A DNA stretch of 64,000 nucleotides from Gammaproteobacteria bacterium (lineage in GTDB: Bacteria; Pseudomonadota; Gammaproteobacteria; UBA4575). The position numbers were made by a program, and so were the translations under genes. Below are positions 39,995 through 49,886 of the stretch, piece after piece (position 1 is the first letter of the stretch; the number at the start of each line of letters is the position of its first letter). The stretch is taken from contig CBDCTA010000018.1 of assembly GCA_965221955.1 (NCBI GenBank), positions 64,001-128,000 of the forward strand, in the 5' to 3' direction. Below the pieces are notes generated by a model. It made no database searches and was not told the DNA's origin. It saw nothing but the letters and a program-made list of their open reading frames with translations.

Positions 39995-40780
39995 CTAAAA
40001 CGGGCTTTTATTATAAATAATGCCTAAAAACTTATTCTCATCAATATTTTCTATCGCACTCGCTAGCTCTTCCTCATCCACCTCGCCATGATTCACAACA
40101 GCAACAGAGAAATCTGAAAGCTCATGCAAAATTCCAGCGTCAGCTGATTCAGTATTACTAGGAACATCCAGGATGATATATCGATCCGGGTAACGATATT
40201 TTAGCTCATCAATAAAGTCTCTCATTTTAGGTGACGTGATGAACTCATCTGAACGATCAGGACTAAATTTTGTTGGAATTACTCTTAAACTTTTGACACC
40301 AACTTTATATATAATCTCTTCAAGTTCAGCCTCGCCATTAAAAAAATCAATCAGGTCGGCTGAGACATCCATCTTAAATAAATTTGAGATGTTAGGATTA
40401 ATAAAATTACAATCTACAATTAATGCACTCTTAGTATTATCTGAAGCTATACTCGCAGCTAAATTCATCGCCACAAAAGATGAACCACCACTTTTTTTGC
40501 AAGAGGTAACCGCTAATACAAAATTACGACCTCCGTTTTCTTTATATAGCTCTGTGCGCAAATTGCGAAAAGCGTTAACCGTTTTTATATCCGTAGCAAT
40601 ACTCCTTTTTGAAAGTTCTTCACTATTTAGAAGCTTAATCTCGGTCATATTCTGCAAGCGATCACTTCCACCCGCAAGCATCATATTTTTACGACGACGC
40701 TTGAGCATTTCACCACGTGGCGCAGTAGATACAATTGACTCAGTTTCGTTTTTTTGAATTGCTTTCTCGATTAAGCTCAT
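39995..40780 (-). CDS. BY-kinase (CpsD/CapB-like) homologue with degenerate Walker A
   Basis: AFRNLRT, VTSCKKSGGSSFVAMNLA, IVDCN, RYIILDVP, LGIIYN. Confidence 0.8.
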   Translation of the reverse strand: MSLIEKAIQKNETESIVSTAPRGEMLKRRRKNMMLAGGSDRLQNMTEIKLLNSEELSKRSIATDIKTVNAFRNLRTELYKENGGRNFVLAVTSCKKSGGSSFVAMNLAASIASDNTKSALIVDCNFINPNISNLFKMDVSADLIDFFNGEAELEEIIYKVGVKSLRVIPTKFSPDRSDEFITSPKMRDFIDELKYRYPDRYIILDVPSNTESADAGILHELSDFSVAVVNHGEVDEEELASAIENIDENKFLGIIYNKSPF

Positions 40781-40813
40781 GAGTACTTTTCCCTAAATAA
40801 TTTTATTAAACAT

Positions 40814-42379
40814 TTATGCCAGCTGCCCAACAAAAAAATCTTTGTATTTAACAAAAATTACAACCAAATAAATATTTGCTACAAGCGCAAACACAACTAT
40901 CGCTGAAAACATTGATGTAGTTTTTTTCTTCGGATTTGACAACAATCGTGTTTCAGGAATTTCACCCAAAACCCTTGTACCAAGCTGCTTACTTATCATC
41001 GACTTGTGGCGAATATATGGATTAAGCTGAAATAGCACTAAGAGCACGCCTAACGGGATAGCAATACCGGCCAAAGGGCCAAGTGCTGCTACCTGAGCAA
41101 ACTTCAAACCGTCTGCCTCTAGTGGCACTAATGCTGGCTCCTGAATCCTAAATCTTTGATCTCGCTGCTCGACATCAATGTTCATTGAGACCCTAGCTTT
41201 CTCACGTCTCTTGACTAAATCTTCATAAACCTTCTCTGTTACTTCATAGTCGCGTGTTAACTCAGCCAATGCTGCTTCAAACTCGGGCATTTTCTTTGCC
41301 TTCGCAAGTTCAATATTAAGTAATTTTTGAGACTGCCCTATGCGTGTCTGATATGCCGCTATGCGTGTTCTAGTTTTCGCAAGCTCATCACGTAAATTTG
41401 CATAGGCCGGATTAATTGTAAATGCATCAGATTCTGAAGAAGAGTCAACTGCAAGCTCATCTGTTGTAGGATTATTTAGCATTTCACGCAAATCTTCGAT
41501 CTGGTACTTTAATCGCACAATATCTGGATAACTATCGTGATAATCCAAACGCAATTGTGCTAACTGTTGCTGTAATTCAGAAATTTGAGCCAATATTTGC
41601 CCTTCGCGGCCCATAGAAGTTGCAACATTTTGTTCACCTGAAAGTTGCTGCTGTATACTTCTGATACGAATTTGCTCTTCTTGTACTGCCAAAGTAGTTT
41701 TTTCTATATCATTTCGAAGCTTATTGATTCGATTAGCAACACTTGCCTCAGAACCCATAGCATCATCCATAGCTTTAGTTTTAAAGTCCTTTAGCTTTTG
41801 TTCAGCAACTAGCAACTTCTTATGATAGTCATCTACTTGTCTGCTAATGAACTCATACGCATCATTACTCTCTCTCTGTGCGTTAGAAACACTTTCTTCT
41901 ATAAATAGATCGCCAACTATCTTTGCAGTACGATATGCAAGCTGTGGATCACTGTCTGTGACTTCAATTTTTACAAAATTTGGTCCTGCTCTTTTTATGT
42001 CTATCTTCTCAATAACATCTCTGATTTTTCTAGATTTCTCAATGTCACTGGCGCTTACATCCACCCAACCAGCATGAACAACTGTTTTACTCATCACTTC
42101 ATTGCTGAAGATAATTTCTTTATATAATGCAATGCGATCTCTTTCCTTACCTCCAACAGTTGTGCTAACGGCTGTACCCTTCATCAAAGGCGATAAGATA
42201 CTTTGCTTATTTGCTTCAATTGTTGTTGAAGATGTATAAGTTTTAGGTAGGACGTTCGCAACGATCAAAACAATAATGCTGACAGCAGCAAAACCTAAGC
42301 TTAGCCAAAATATATTTTTCTTTACAGATTCTAAATATAGCTTTGCTATGTGATTTAGCGGTAGTTCTAATATGTTCAT
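40814..42379 (-). CDS. Polysaccharide chain-length determinant / co-polymerase, XrtA-system type
   Basis: N-terminal TM, PKTYTSSTTI, long coiled coil with YHDSYPDIV and LTRDYEV, FRIQEPA followed by C-terminal TMs. Confidence 0.88.
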   Translation of the reverse strand: MNILELPLNHIAKLYLESVKKNIFWLSLGFAAVSIIVLIVANVLPKTYTSSTTIEANKQSILSPLMKGTAVSTTVGGKERDRIALYKEIIFSNEVMSKTVVHAGWVDVSASDIEKSRKIRDVIEKIDIKRAGPNFVKIEVTDSDPQLAYRTAKIVGDLFIEESVSNAQRESNDAYEFISRQVDDYHKKLLVAEQKLKDFKTKAMDDAMGSEASVANRINKLRNDIEKTTLAVQEEQIRIRSIQQQLSGEQNVATSMGREGQILAQISELQQQLAQLRLDYHDSYPDIVRLKYQIEDLREMLNNPTTDELAVDSSSESDAFTINPAYANLRDELAKTRTRIAAYQTRIGQSQKLLNIELAKAKKMPEFEAALAELTRDYEVTEKVYEDLVKRREKARVSMNIDVEQRDQRFRIQEPALVPLEADGLKFAQVAALGPLAGIAIPLGVLLVLFQLNPYIRHKSMISKQLGTRVLGEIPETRLLSNPKKKTTSMFSAIVVFALVANIYLVVIFVKYKDFFVGQLA

Positions 42380-42400
42380 GTTTCTAAATACTCACAAAAT

Positions 42401-43021
42401 TTAAAATATTCTTTCAGGAACAGTAATAACATCACCTGGAATTAAAATATGGTTTGAATCAATCTTGCCTCTTATCAACATATCTTCAAGACGCAATGGG
42501 ACTGAAACTGTTTGCTCATTACTCCTTCGAATTAAAACCGCCCGATTCCCTGCAGCAAACTCACCCAATCCGCCAGCCTCTAGTACAGCATCAATAACTG
42601 TCATACCTTGGCGATACGGAATTGAAACCGGATTACCTACAGCCCCTGTCACTCGAACACGACGCAGAAATTCTTTACTACTCATTGAAGATAAAGTAAC
42701 CGTAACGTTTGGCTCACGCACATCTTTACGCAACAACTCCGTAATCTCAGACGCTACTTCCTCAGCTGTCTTACTTGCTACTTCTACGTCACCAAGAAGT
42801 GGCATACTAATACGGCCATCTGGTCGCACAGGAACCGACACAGATAATTGATCATTTCCCCATACGTGCACAGAAAGAACATCATCAACACCTATGCGAT
42901 ACTCATCTACAACTATTGAATGCGCATCAGGGTCAAGTGTTCCCTCAGGAATTGGGTTACTTGCACAAGAGGTTAATGCAAAAAACACACTTATAAAGAA
43001 TAGTATTAATATTTTATTCAT
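42401..43021 (-). CDS. Short OPX/Wza-like polysaccharide export lipoprotein
   Basis: Lipobox LTSC; YRIGVDDVLSVHVW...VRPDGRISMPLLGDV Poly_export motif; one SLBB domain; ends PGDVITVPERIF. Confidence 0.9.
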   Translation of the reverse strand: MNKILILFFISVFFALTSCASNPIPEGTLDPDAHSIVVDEYRIGVDDVLSVHVWGNDQLSVSVPVRPDGRISMPLLGDVEVASKTAEEVASEITELLRKDVREPNVTVTLSSMSSKEFLRRVRVTGAVGNPVSIPYRQGMTVIDAVLEAGGLGEFAAGNRAVLIRRSNEQTVSVPLRLEDMLIRGKIDSNHILIPGDVITVPERIF

Positions 43022-43307
43022 ATTCGTTTTTGAGCCCAGTTTATAGTTCGATCCAAATTATATGGATAACTGTAGGGGAATTTCACAACCAACACAGTGA
43101 ATAATATCTCACAAATTGGATTTCGAAAGTATTAATTAACCGATAGATGGTTAATACCATTAATTTATATAAGGTATTAATTAAGTAATACTCTCAGTAT
43201 TGATTGTCAATTGAATGAATCGCCTTACAAATTAAGGACAATGTGTATGCTATGAATGCAATAATATTTACGATTGTTAATAGTTAATAACAAAAGCAAT
43301 TATCTTT

Positions 43308-45332
43308 CTATTGCTCCAGGGAATTCTTTGCATATGTGTAATGCTCTTGAATCTCTGCATTATCTGGCATCATTTCCAGTGCACTTTCAATCAACTGCAG
43401 CCCTTTTTCTTTTTCCCCACTACGGAATAATAACCAACCATAAGTGTCTGCAGTTGCTGCATCATAAGGATTTAGTTTATAGGCTTTTTCTGCGACTTCT
43501 AAAGCACGCCCGTCTTTTACATTAAAATAACACCAAGCTAAGTTATTCAAAATAACAAAATTTTCAGGATATTGATGCAATAATGACTCATATAATGGTA
43601 TAGCTTTGTTATATATTTTCTTTGTAATATAAATATCTGCAAGCAAAAGCTTCAATTTATAATTATTTACGAGTCTTTGCTGCCATCTCTCTAGCAAGTT
43701 AAGTGATTTATCGTGTTCCTTTTGAACTCTAGTTCTTAGAACGAGTTTTTTTATGCTTTCAGCTACTAAGTTTTCATCATTCTCTGAGATATTTTCAACA
43801 TCAATACTCTTAAACTTATCAATAGCAGATGCATATTTCTTAATCTCAATTTCATAATTTATATCAAATAATATTAGTGCTGTATTTTTTGGATCTTTAG
43901 ACAGCCATATTTTTATTTTTTCAGGAATATCATTCTTTTTTCCAATATCGTTTAAAACACCCATATAAAGGATCTTCATATGACTTGATCCAGGATAATA
44001 CTTAACAAGTTGTTGAATAAAATTTTCCGCTTCGACTTGTCTATCCATTTCTAGATAAAGAGCTATTATATTTCGTATATTCTGAACATTATTAAGCTCT
44101 TCAATATCGTATGTAGATAATATTTCAGAATATTTCTTTGCATCATCGCTTTTTAAATACATATACGCTTGCAACGGCAGCAAAACTGCATAGGCATTTG
44201 AATTATTAGATAAATCACTCGCTAACTCATGAGCAACTGATTTATAACTATCAAACTCAGCATTTACCATTGCTTTTAACGTTATAAATTCTAAATTAGA
44301 ACTCTCTCCAGGTACATTTTGTTGCAATAACGCATTCGCTTCAGATAGCTTATCTTGCTTAACTAAAGCTTTAGCTAAAAATAATATAACTCTAAGGTTA
44401 TTTTTATCCAGTTTTAATAATTCTCTTAAATTATGCTCTGCATCTTTATACTGCTTTTTTGAGTAAGCTAGTCTAGCAAGTTCATAATAATATATAGGAG
44501 ACTTAGGATAAGACTCCAAATATGATTGATAAAATTTTTGGGCATCAGCTGCATTTCCCAGCGCAGTTTTTGACTGCACAATATTTTGTACAATTTGCAA
44601 ACTTTTTTGCGATAAAATTTTTGAATTATCCAATCTTAGTGCTTTCAAGTAATAATTTTCAGCATCCAAATATTCTGCAGTTTTAAATTTTATATCCGCC
44701 AATAACAACCATGCTTCAATTAGCCCTTGATCATTTTCCAATAGATTATTTAGCCGACCAACTGCATTAGCTACTTTATTTTCAATAAGATCAATTCTTG
44801 CTAACCAAAGTTGTGCTTGTGGATAATTTTCACTTTCTTTATTTATAGTTAAAAAAAGTGATTTTGAAGTTTCTAAATTATTTTCCGCCAGCTCTATTTT
44901 TGCACGCAATAAAACGACTTCAGGATCAGAAGAATATTTCTCTTGCACTTGGTTAGATTGCAATAAATTTTTCGCTTCTCTAATTTTACTTTGCTGGTAT
45001 AAAGACTCTATAATTTGCAAGTCTATATCTTCAAATTCATGTCCCTCAGACTTTATACTTTTTAAAAGTTCATACGAACGATCTGCTTGACCAATTTGAT
45101 TATAGGTTCTAGCAAGCACATACCGCAGTTCTGGATCATTGCGATCGCTATCAGACAATGCTGCAATTTCAGTCAAGACATCATGATAACGCCCGCTTTC
45201 AAAATAAAACTTGATGATACTTATATCTTGATCGCTAGTTACTAGCTCTTGAGCTTGCTCATTTGAGCACGACGAAACTAAAAAGAAAAAAGTAAAAATA
45301 ATAATTTTAGGTAAATATAAATTCATGGTCAT
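43308..45332 (-). CDS. TPR-repeat lipoprotein, PrsT-like
   Basis: Lipobox-like LVSSC; TPR repeats ending LNNLAW...A+KAY+LNP...DTYGW; directly downstream of xrtA. Confidence 0.8.
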   Translation of the reverse strand: MTMNLYLPKIIIFTFFFLVSSCSNEQAQELVTSDQDISIIKFYFESGRYHDVLTEIAALSDSDRNDPELRYVLARTYNQIGQADRSYELLKSIKSEGHEFEDIDLQIIESLYQQSKIREAKNLLQSNQVQEKYSSDPEVVLLRAKIELAENNLETSKSLFLTINKESENYPQAQLWLARIDLIENKVANAVGRLNNLLENDQGLIEAWLLLADIKFKTAEYLDAENYYLKALRLDNSKILSQKSLQIVQNIVQSKTALGNAADAQKFYQSYLESYPKSPIYYYELARLAYSKKQYKDAEHNLRELLKLDKNNLRVILFLAKALVKQDKLSEANALLQQNVPGESSNLEFITLKAMVNAEFDSYKSVAHELASDLSNNSNAYAVLLPLQAYMYLKSDDAKKYSEILSTYDIEELNNVQNIRNIIALYLEMDRQVEAENFIQQLVKYYPGSSHMKILYMGVLNDIGKKNDIPEKIKIWLSKDPKNTALILFDINYEIEIKKYASAIDKFKSIDVENISENDENLVAESIKKLVLRTRVQKEHDKSLNLLERWQQRLVNNYKLKLLLADIYITKKIYNKAIPLYESLLHQYPENFVILNNLAWCYFNVKDGRALEVAEKAYKLNPYDAATADTYGWLLFRSGEKEKGLQLIESALEMMPDNAEIQEHYTYAKNSLEQ

Positions 45333-45333
45333 G

Positions 45334-46866
45334 TTACAAAGATATCAAATTATTTAGTTGGCCATAGTGAGTATGCAAAAAGTCTTCAAGAACACTATCT
45401 GAATTCATATCACATTTCATTGCAATAGATGTGATTGCACTGCCATAAACTCCTTTAAAACTCATGAGAACTTCATTTAATTTAACTTGCCACTCTTTTG
45501 CATAAAACCTATCACCCACTTGAAACCAATACCATATTCGAAGGCAACTCCCATCTCGTTTATTATTAATAGTTAATTTATTTATCGGTATCTGGCTCTC
45601 TTCTGACTCGTCCAATAAAATTTGATCAGATAAAACATTTGAAACATGCCACTCATTACTATCGACAATTTTATTATTTGAATTAATTAGTTCACTATTT
45701 TTATCTTGCTTTCCATACAGATAGATATTAAGCGTTATTATGCTTTTTTTCTTTTCAAACTGTCGAATATACTGTTTTGTATAAAAACTATATTTTGGCG
45801 ACCACCGCGAAGAAAATAACAATGGCTCGCTCCAACCTTTAGCAGGAACAATATCATTGGATTTCAGTGTAGCAATTTTTTTGATATTACCATCTATGAA
45901 ACCTGCATATAGAGGCGCTGCAGAAATTATTAGGAAATATATTATAAGCGTTACAAATAATTTGTATCCTTGCATGTTTTTATTAACATTAATATAACTG
46001 GTCTGCTGCTGATTCGTTTTTTTCCATAAACTTGGTTTTATAAATCTAGCAATAGTAAATAGTGGCACCAACATCAATATAAAAATGAGCCAACCTAAAT
46101 TTTCATGATCTTGCACAAGCGGATAATCCATCCCCTTCCAGACCCCAAGAACTATGATTATCAATATTCTAAATAAATTACCAACCAACATTATCACTAC
46201 TGCTGAGAGCACTAACACTATAGTTGCCCAATTACTTTGATAATTTAAATAACCATATACAAAAGATAACAACACTCCTACTAACAAGTACCGCAATCCA
46301 CTACAACTCTCTTCTATCTCGAACATACCTTTCGATAAAATAACTACGTTATCAACAATTCGATAATCAAAGTTTGAAACGGATAGCAATGTATCTGTTC
46401 CAAATACAGCAATTTTCTGAAGATAAGGTAAAAATAATGACCAAACTGGAATCGTAAATAATAGTATAAAAATAGGTATCAAAAGAACTTGATAATTTTT
46501 CAGCCCCAAAAAATAGGTAACTGTAAAAAATATCAGAAATGGTAGGCATAGCATTTGAATTGTATTTACACTAGCTACGTAAGAAACCAACCAAACCAAA
46601 GTTATACCAAATATAAAAATCGCAGAAGTAGACGATGAACGTGAATATTTGATTCGAGCTTGTTTGGCGCAACTATAAAGCAAGAATATAGACAACAAAA
46701 TGGTTAAATAACCATGTGAATACGTGCCGTATTCATTCCAATTGTCAAAAAGTATACTGATCGAACCTCGATAAAATAGTGCTAAGCCGCATATAGCTAT
46801 AGCTATTGATATCCAGATTAAAAATAGTTCTCTGTACTTTGGGTTAAAAATAGACTTTTGCTGCAT
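45334..46866 (-). CDS. xrtA: Exosortase A with C-terminal EpsI-like domain
   Basis: YSHGYL, catalytic Cys in EESCSGLRY, Arg in GNLFRI, His in QDHENLGW; 8+ TMs; C-terminal WYWFQVG domain. Confidence 0.9.
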   Translation of the reverse strand: MQQKSIFNPKYRELFLIWISIAIAICGLALFYRGSISILFDNWNEYGTYSHGYLTILLSIFLLYSCAKQARIKYSRSSSTSAIFIFGITLVWLVSYVASVNTIQMLCLPFLIFFTVTYFLGLKNYQVLLIPIFILLFTIPVWSLFLPYLQKIAVFGTDTLLSVSNFDYRIVDNVVILSKGMFEIEESCSGLRYLLVGVLLSFVYGYLNYQSNWATIVLVLSAVVIMLVGNLFRILIIIVLGVWKGMDYPLVQDHENLGWLIFILMLVPLFTIARFIKPSLWKKTNQQQTSYINVNKNMQGYKLFVTLIIYFLIISAAPLYAGFIDGNIKKIATLKSNDIVPAKGWSEPLLFSSRWSPKYSFYTKQYIRQFEKKKSIITLNIYLYGKQDKNSELINSNNKIVDSNEWHVSNVLSDQILLDESEESQIPINKLTINNKRDGSCLRIWYWFQVGDRFYAKEWQVKLNEVLMSFKGVYGSAITSIAMKCDMNSDSVLEDFLHTHYGQLNNLISL

Positions 46867-46907
46867 ACAAAAAGACTTAACACATCGATAAATATATTAA
46901 CCTAACA

Positions 46908-48320
46908 CTATCTCGCGCCTTTACCCCAAAGCACGACTTCCGCTGTTTGTAAAAGAATAACAAGATCGAAGATCAAACTATGATGCTTCACGTAGTACAA
47001 ATCGAAATTTAGTTTTTCTATAGCATCTTCTATTGAGCTTCCATAGGGGTATTTCATTTGCGCCCATCCGGCTAAACCAGGTTTAACTCGGTGGCGTTCA
47101 CTATAAAAAGGAATTTCTTCGATGAGTTTCTCTACAAATTCTGGTCTCTCAGGTCTAGGCCCTACCAAACTCATGTCACCACGGAATACATTATAAATTT
47201 GCGGCAACTCATCAATTCGATAAGTGCGCAAAAATTTTCCAATTTTTGTCACCCGAGGATCATCCTGACTCGCCCAAATAGCCTTGCCTTCTTGTTCTGC
47301 ATCAGAGCGCATTGTGCGAAATTTCAGTAAGTTGAAATTTTTATTATTTAAACCCACGCGAGTTTGTTGATAAAAAATAGATTCCTTGCCTCCGCATTCT
47401 AACCAAATACTTAATGCTGCAAATAAATATAAAGGTGAGGCAACGAATAATAAGATAGCACTAGAAGCAAGATCAAAAATACGTTTAGTAAAATATCGAA
47501 AACTATCTTGCTTAAACCCTTCTGAAAAAATAATCCATGCAGGATTTAATAAGTTGGTATACACCTTACCTAATTGTCTTTCTAGAAAAGTTACCAATTC
47601 AACAATTTTTACTCCCTTAAGTCTCGCATCCATCAGCTCTTTTAAAGGAAGTTTATTTCTGCGATCCGTTAAAGCGACAACAATCTCGTCAACTTCATAT
47701 TTCTCTACGATTTTTTCTATAGGCAAGCTTGCATCCAATAGAAGATCTGATTGAATTTTTATCTGCTCTTCTTCGACTGGCAAAAATCCTACAATATTCA
47801 CACCACTACGATCAGACTTGCGACGCATTTTTGTAATCCACGTGGCGTTTTCATCTGCGCCTAAAATCAGAACATTTCTTTTTAATGCCTCAAGATTAAC
47901 AGTGTGGAAGAAAATAAAATGAAATAGAATTAGAGACAGAAATGAAAGACTTGAGGCGATAAGAAATACACCTCTTCCCATATAGATATCTGGAAAGATA
48001 TAAAAAATAAATCCAAAGGCAATAAAGGCAATAATAAACCCAACTGTCAAACGGCTAAGTTTGTTAATGATATGTTCACGTCTTTGGGCCTGATATAAAC
48101 CCATACTCAAGAGAGTCACTACGACTATCACTGCATGAATCACTGCACGTGGAAACAAATTTCCTACACTTTCAGTCGCAGCAGCTAGAGGATCGAGCTC
48201 GTTATAAAAACGTGCATATGCACCAACATATACGGTTAAAAACAACACTACTGCATCTATTAGTGCTAATAGCACATATGGAGCCTTGATATGTTGATTG
48301 CCAATTCGTATGTCAAACAT
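46908..48320 (-). CDS. Priming undecaprenyl-phosphate sugar transferase, XrtA/PEP-CTERM-system type
   Basis: KRIFD, KFRTM, DPRVT, RIDELPQ, GDMSLVGPRPERP, VKPGLAGWAQ; N-terminal TM domain; C-terminal GKGAR. Confidence 0.93.
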   Translation of the reverse strand: MFDIRIGNQHIKAPYVLLALIDAVVLFLTVYVGAYARFYNELDPLAAATESVGNLFPRAVIHAVIVVVTLLSMGLYQAQRREHIINKLSRLTVGFIIAFIAFGFIFYIFPDIYMGRGVFLIASSLSFLSLILFHFIFFHTVNLEALKRNVLILGADENATWITKMRRKSDRSGVNIVGFLPVEEEQIKIQSDLLLDASLPIEKIVEKYEVDEIVVALTDRRNKLPLKELMDARLKGVKIVELVTFLERQLGKVYTNLLNPAWIIFSEGFKQDSFRYFTKRIFDLASSAILLFVASPLYLFAALSIWLECGGKESIFYQQTRVGLNNKNFNLLKFRTMRSDAEQEGKAIWASQDDPRVTKIGKFLRTYRIDELPQIYNVFRGDMSLVGPRPERPEFVEKLIEEIPFYSERHRVKPGLAGWAQMKYPYGSSIEDAIEKLNFDLYYVKHHSLIFDLVILLQTAEVVLWGKGAR

Positions 48321-48567
48321 ATAGTTCAGTAATAGTTTAGTTTTATAATTGGTTTGTTGTTACCGTATTCTGTTCAGACGAAAATATGCTTTATGTTATA
48401 GAAATTTCCGCCCTAGCCCTCTCAGACACGAAATAAAGCACTATATCCCTTTGAGATTTGTAACCCCGTGGCGAAAATCACATAATTATTAAGTGAATTC
48501 ATTTATTTTACGCCAGCTGATATTAATTACTCATTAACCCATATACTAAACAAAGATACAAAACATT

Positions 48568-49842
48568 GTGCTACCCAAAAAAATTCACATAGGCGTAATC
48601 GGCTTAGGCTATGTAGGTCTACCTCTGGCCGTTGAATTTGGTCGATATCTTCCAACCACGGGCTTCGATATAAACACCTCTCGATTAAATGAATTACAAA
48701 ATGGTATCGACCGAACTCTTGAGGTAAGCAAGGACGAATTGGCCAATACAAATCTATTAAGCTTTTCTTCTTCTATCGAAGATTTAAGAAAGTGCAACGT
48801 ATTCATTGTCACTGTTCCTACTCCAATTGATGATCATAAAGTGCCGGACTTAACTCCGGTACGCAAAGCATCCGAAACAGTTAGACAAGCACTTAAAAAA
48901 GGCGATGTCGTAATATATGAATCGACTGTATATCCCGGTGTAACCGAAGATATTTGTGTACCGATACTGGAGTCTGACACGAATTTACAACTCAACAAAG
49001 ATTTTCACGTTGGATATAGCCCTGAACGCATAAATCCAGGTGACAAGGAACATCGTTTACCAACAATCAAAAAAGTGACCTCAGGTTCAACACCTGAAGC
49101 TGCAGAATTTGTAGACCAGCTATATCAAAAAATAATTACTGCAGGCACACACAAAGCTAGTAGCATAAAAGTAGCTGAAGCAGCAAAGGTGATCGAAAAT
49201 ACTCAACGTGATGTAAACATTGCATTAATTAATGAGCTCTCACTCATTTTTAATCGCATGGAGATTGATACGTTTGAAGTACTGGAGGCTGCCGGAACAA
49301 AATGGAACTTCTTGCCTTTTAGACCCGGACTAGTTGGCGGACACTGTATTGGTGTAGACCCTTATTACCTCACCCACAAAGCGCAAGAGATTGGGTATAA
49401 CCCAGAAGTGATTTTATCAGGAAGACGAATCAACGATGGCATGGGCCCATATGTAGCTGAGAGCGTTATAAAACTCATGACACAGAAAAAAGTACATGTC
49501 GTAGACTCTAGAATTCTTATTCTTGGGTTTACGTTTAAGGAAAATTGCCCTGATATTCGAAATACACGCGTGATTGACATCGTTGAAGAATTTAATACCT
49601 ACCATGCTGAAGTAGATATTTATGACCCTTGGCTAGATATTAACGAAGCTAATGAGGAATATGGTATCTCTTTTCTTACTGATTTACCTACAAGCAAATA
49701 TGACGCCATCATCCTTGCAGTGAATCATGAAGAATTTAAAAATATGGGTGCAGAAAAAATTCACGCACTCGGAAAAGAAAATCATGTGCTTTTTGATGTA
49801 AAGAATACTCTGCCAAAAGAGCAAGTAGATGGTCGCCTTTAG
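48568..49842 (+). CDS. tviB: UDP-N-acetylhexosamine 6-dehydrogenase (TviB/WbpO-like)
   Basis: [49 protein letters not shown] catalytic Cys. Confidence 0.85.
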   Translation: MLPKKIHIGVIGLGYVGLPLAVEFGRYLPTTGFDINTSRLNELQNGIDRTLEVSKDELANTNLLSFSSSIEDLRKCNVFIVTVPTPIDDHKVPDLTPVRKASETVRQALKKGDVVIYESTVYPGVTEDICVPILESDTNLQLNKDFHVGYSPERINPGDKEHRLPTIKKVTSGSTPEAAEFVDQLYQKIITAGTHKASSIKVAEAAKVIENTQRDVNIALINELSLIFNRMEIDTFEVLEAAGTKWNFLPFRPGLVGGHCIGVDPYYLTHKAQEIGYNPEVILSGRRINDGMGPYVAESVIKLMTQKKVHVVDSRILILGFTFKENCPDIRNTRVIDIVEEFNTYHAEVDIYDPWLDINEANEEYGISFLTDLPTSKYDAIILAVNHEEFKNMGAEKIHALGKENHVLFDVKNTLPKEQVDGRL

Positions 49843-49886
49843 TTTGACAATCTAGACATTCAACTAAATATAAATAAGAAACAAAG

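Noticed and set aside
40236-40757. 173-aa plus-strand ORF
   Set aside because: Antisense shadow of the BY-kinase homologue, with the Ser/Ile/Leu-rich composition typical of reverse frames.
42465-42851. 128-aa plus-strand ORF (and similar short ORFs overlapping other EPS genes)
   Set aside because: Fully antisense to well-supported genes; no motifs.
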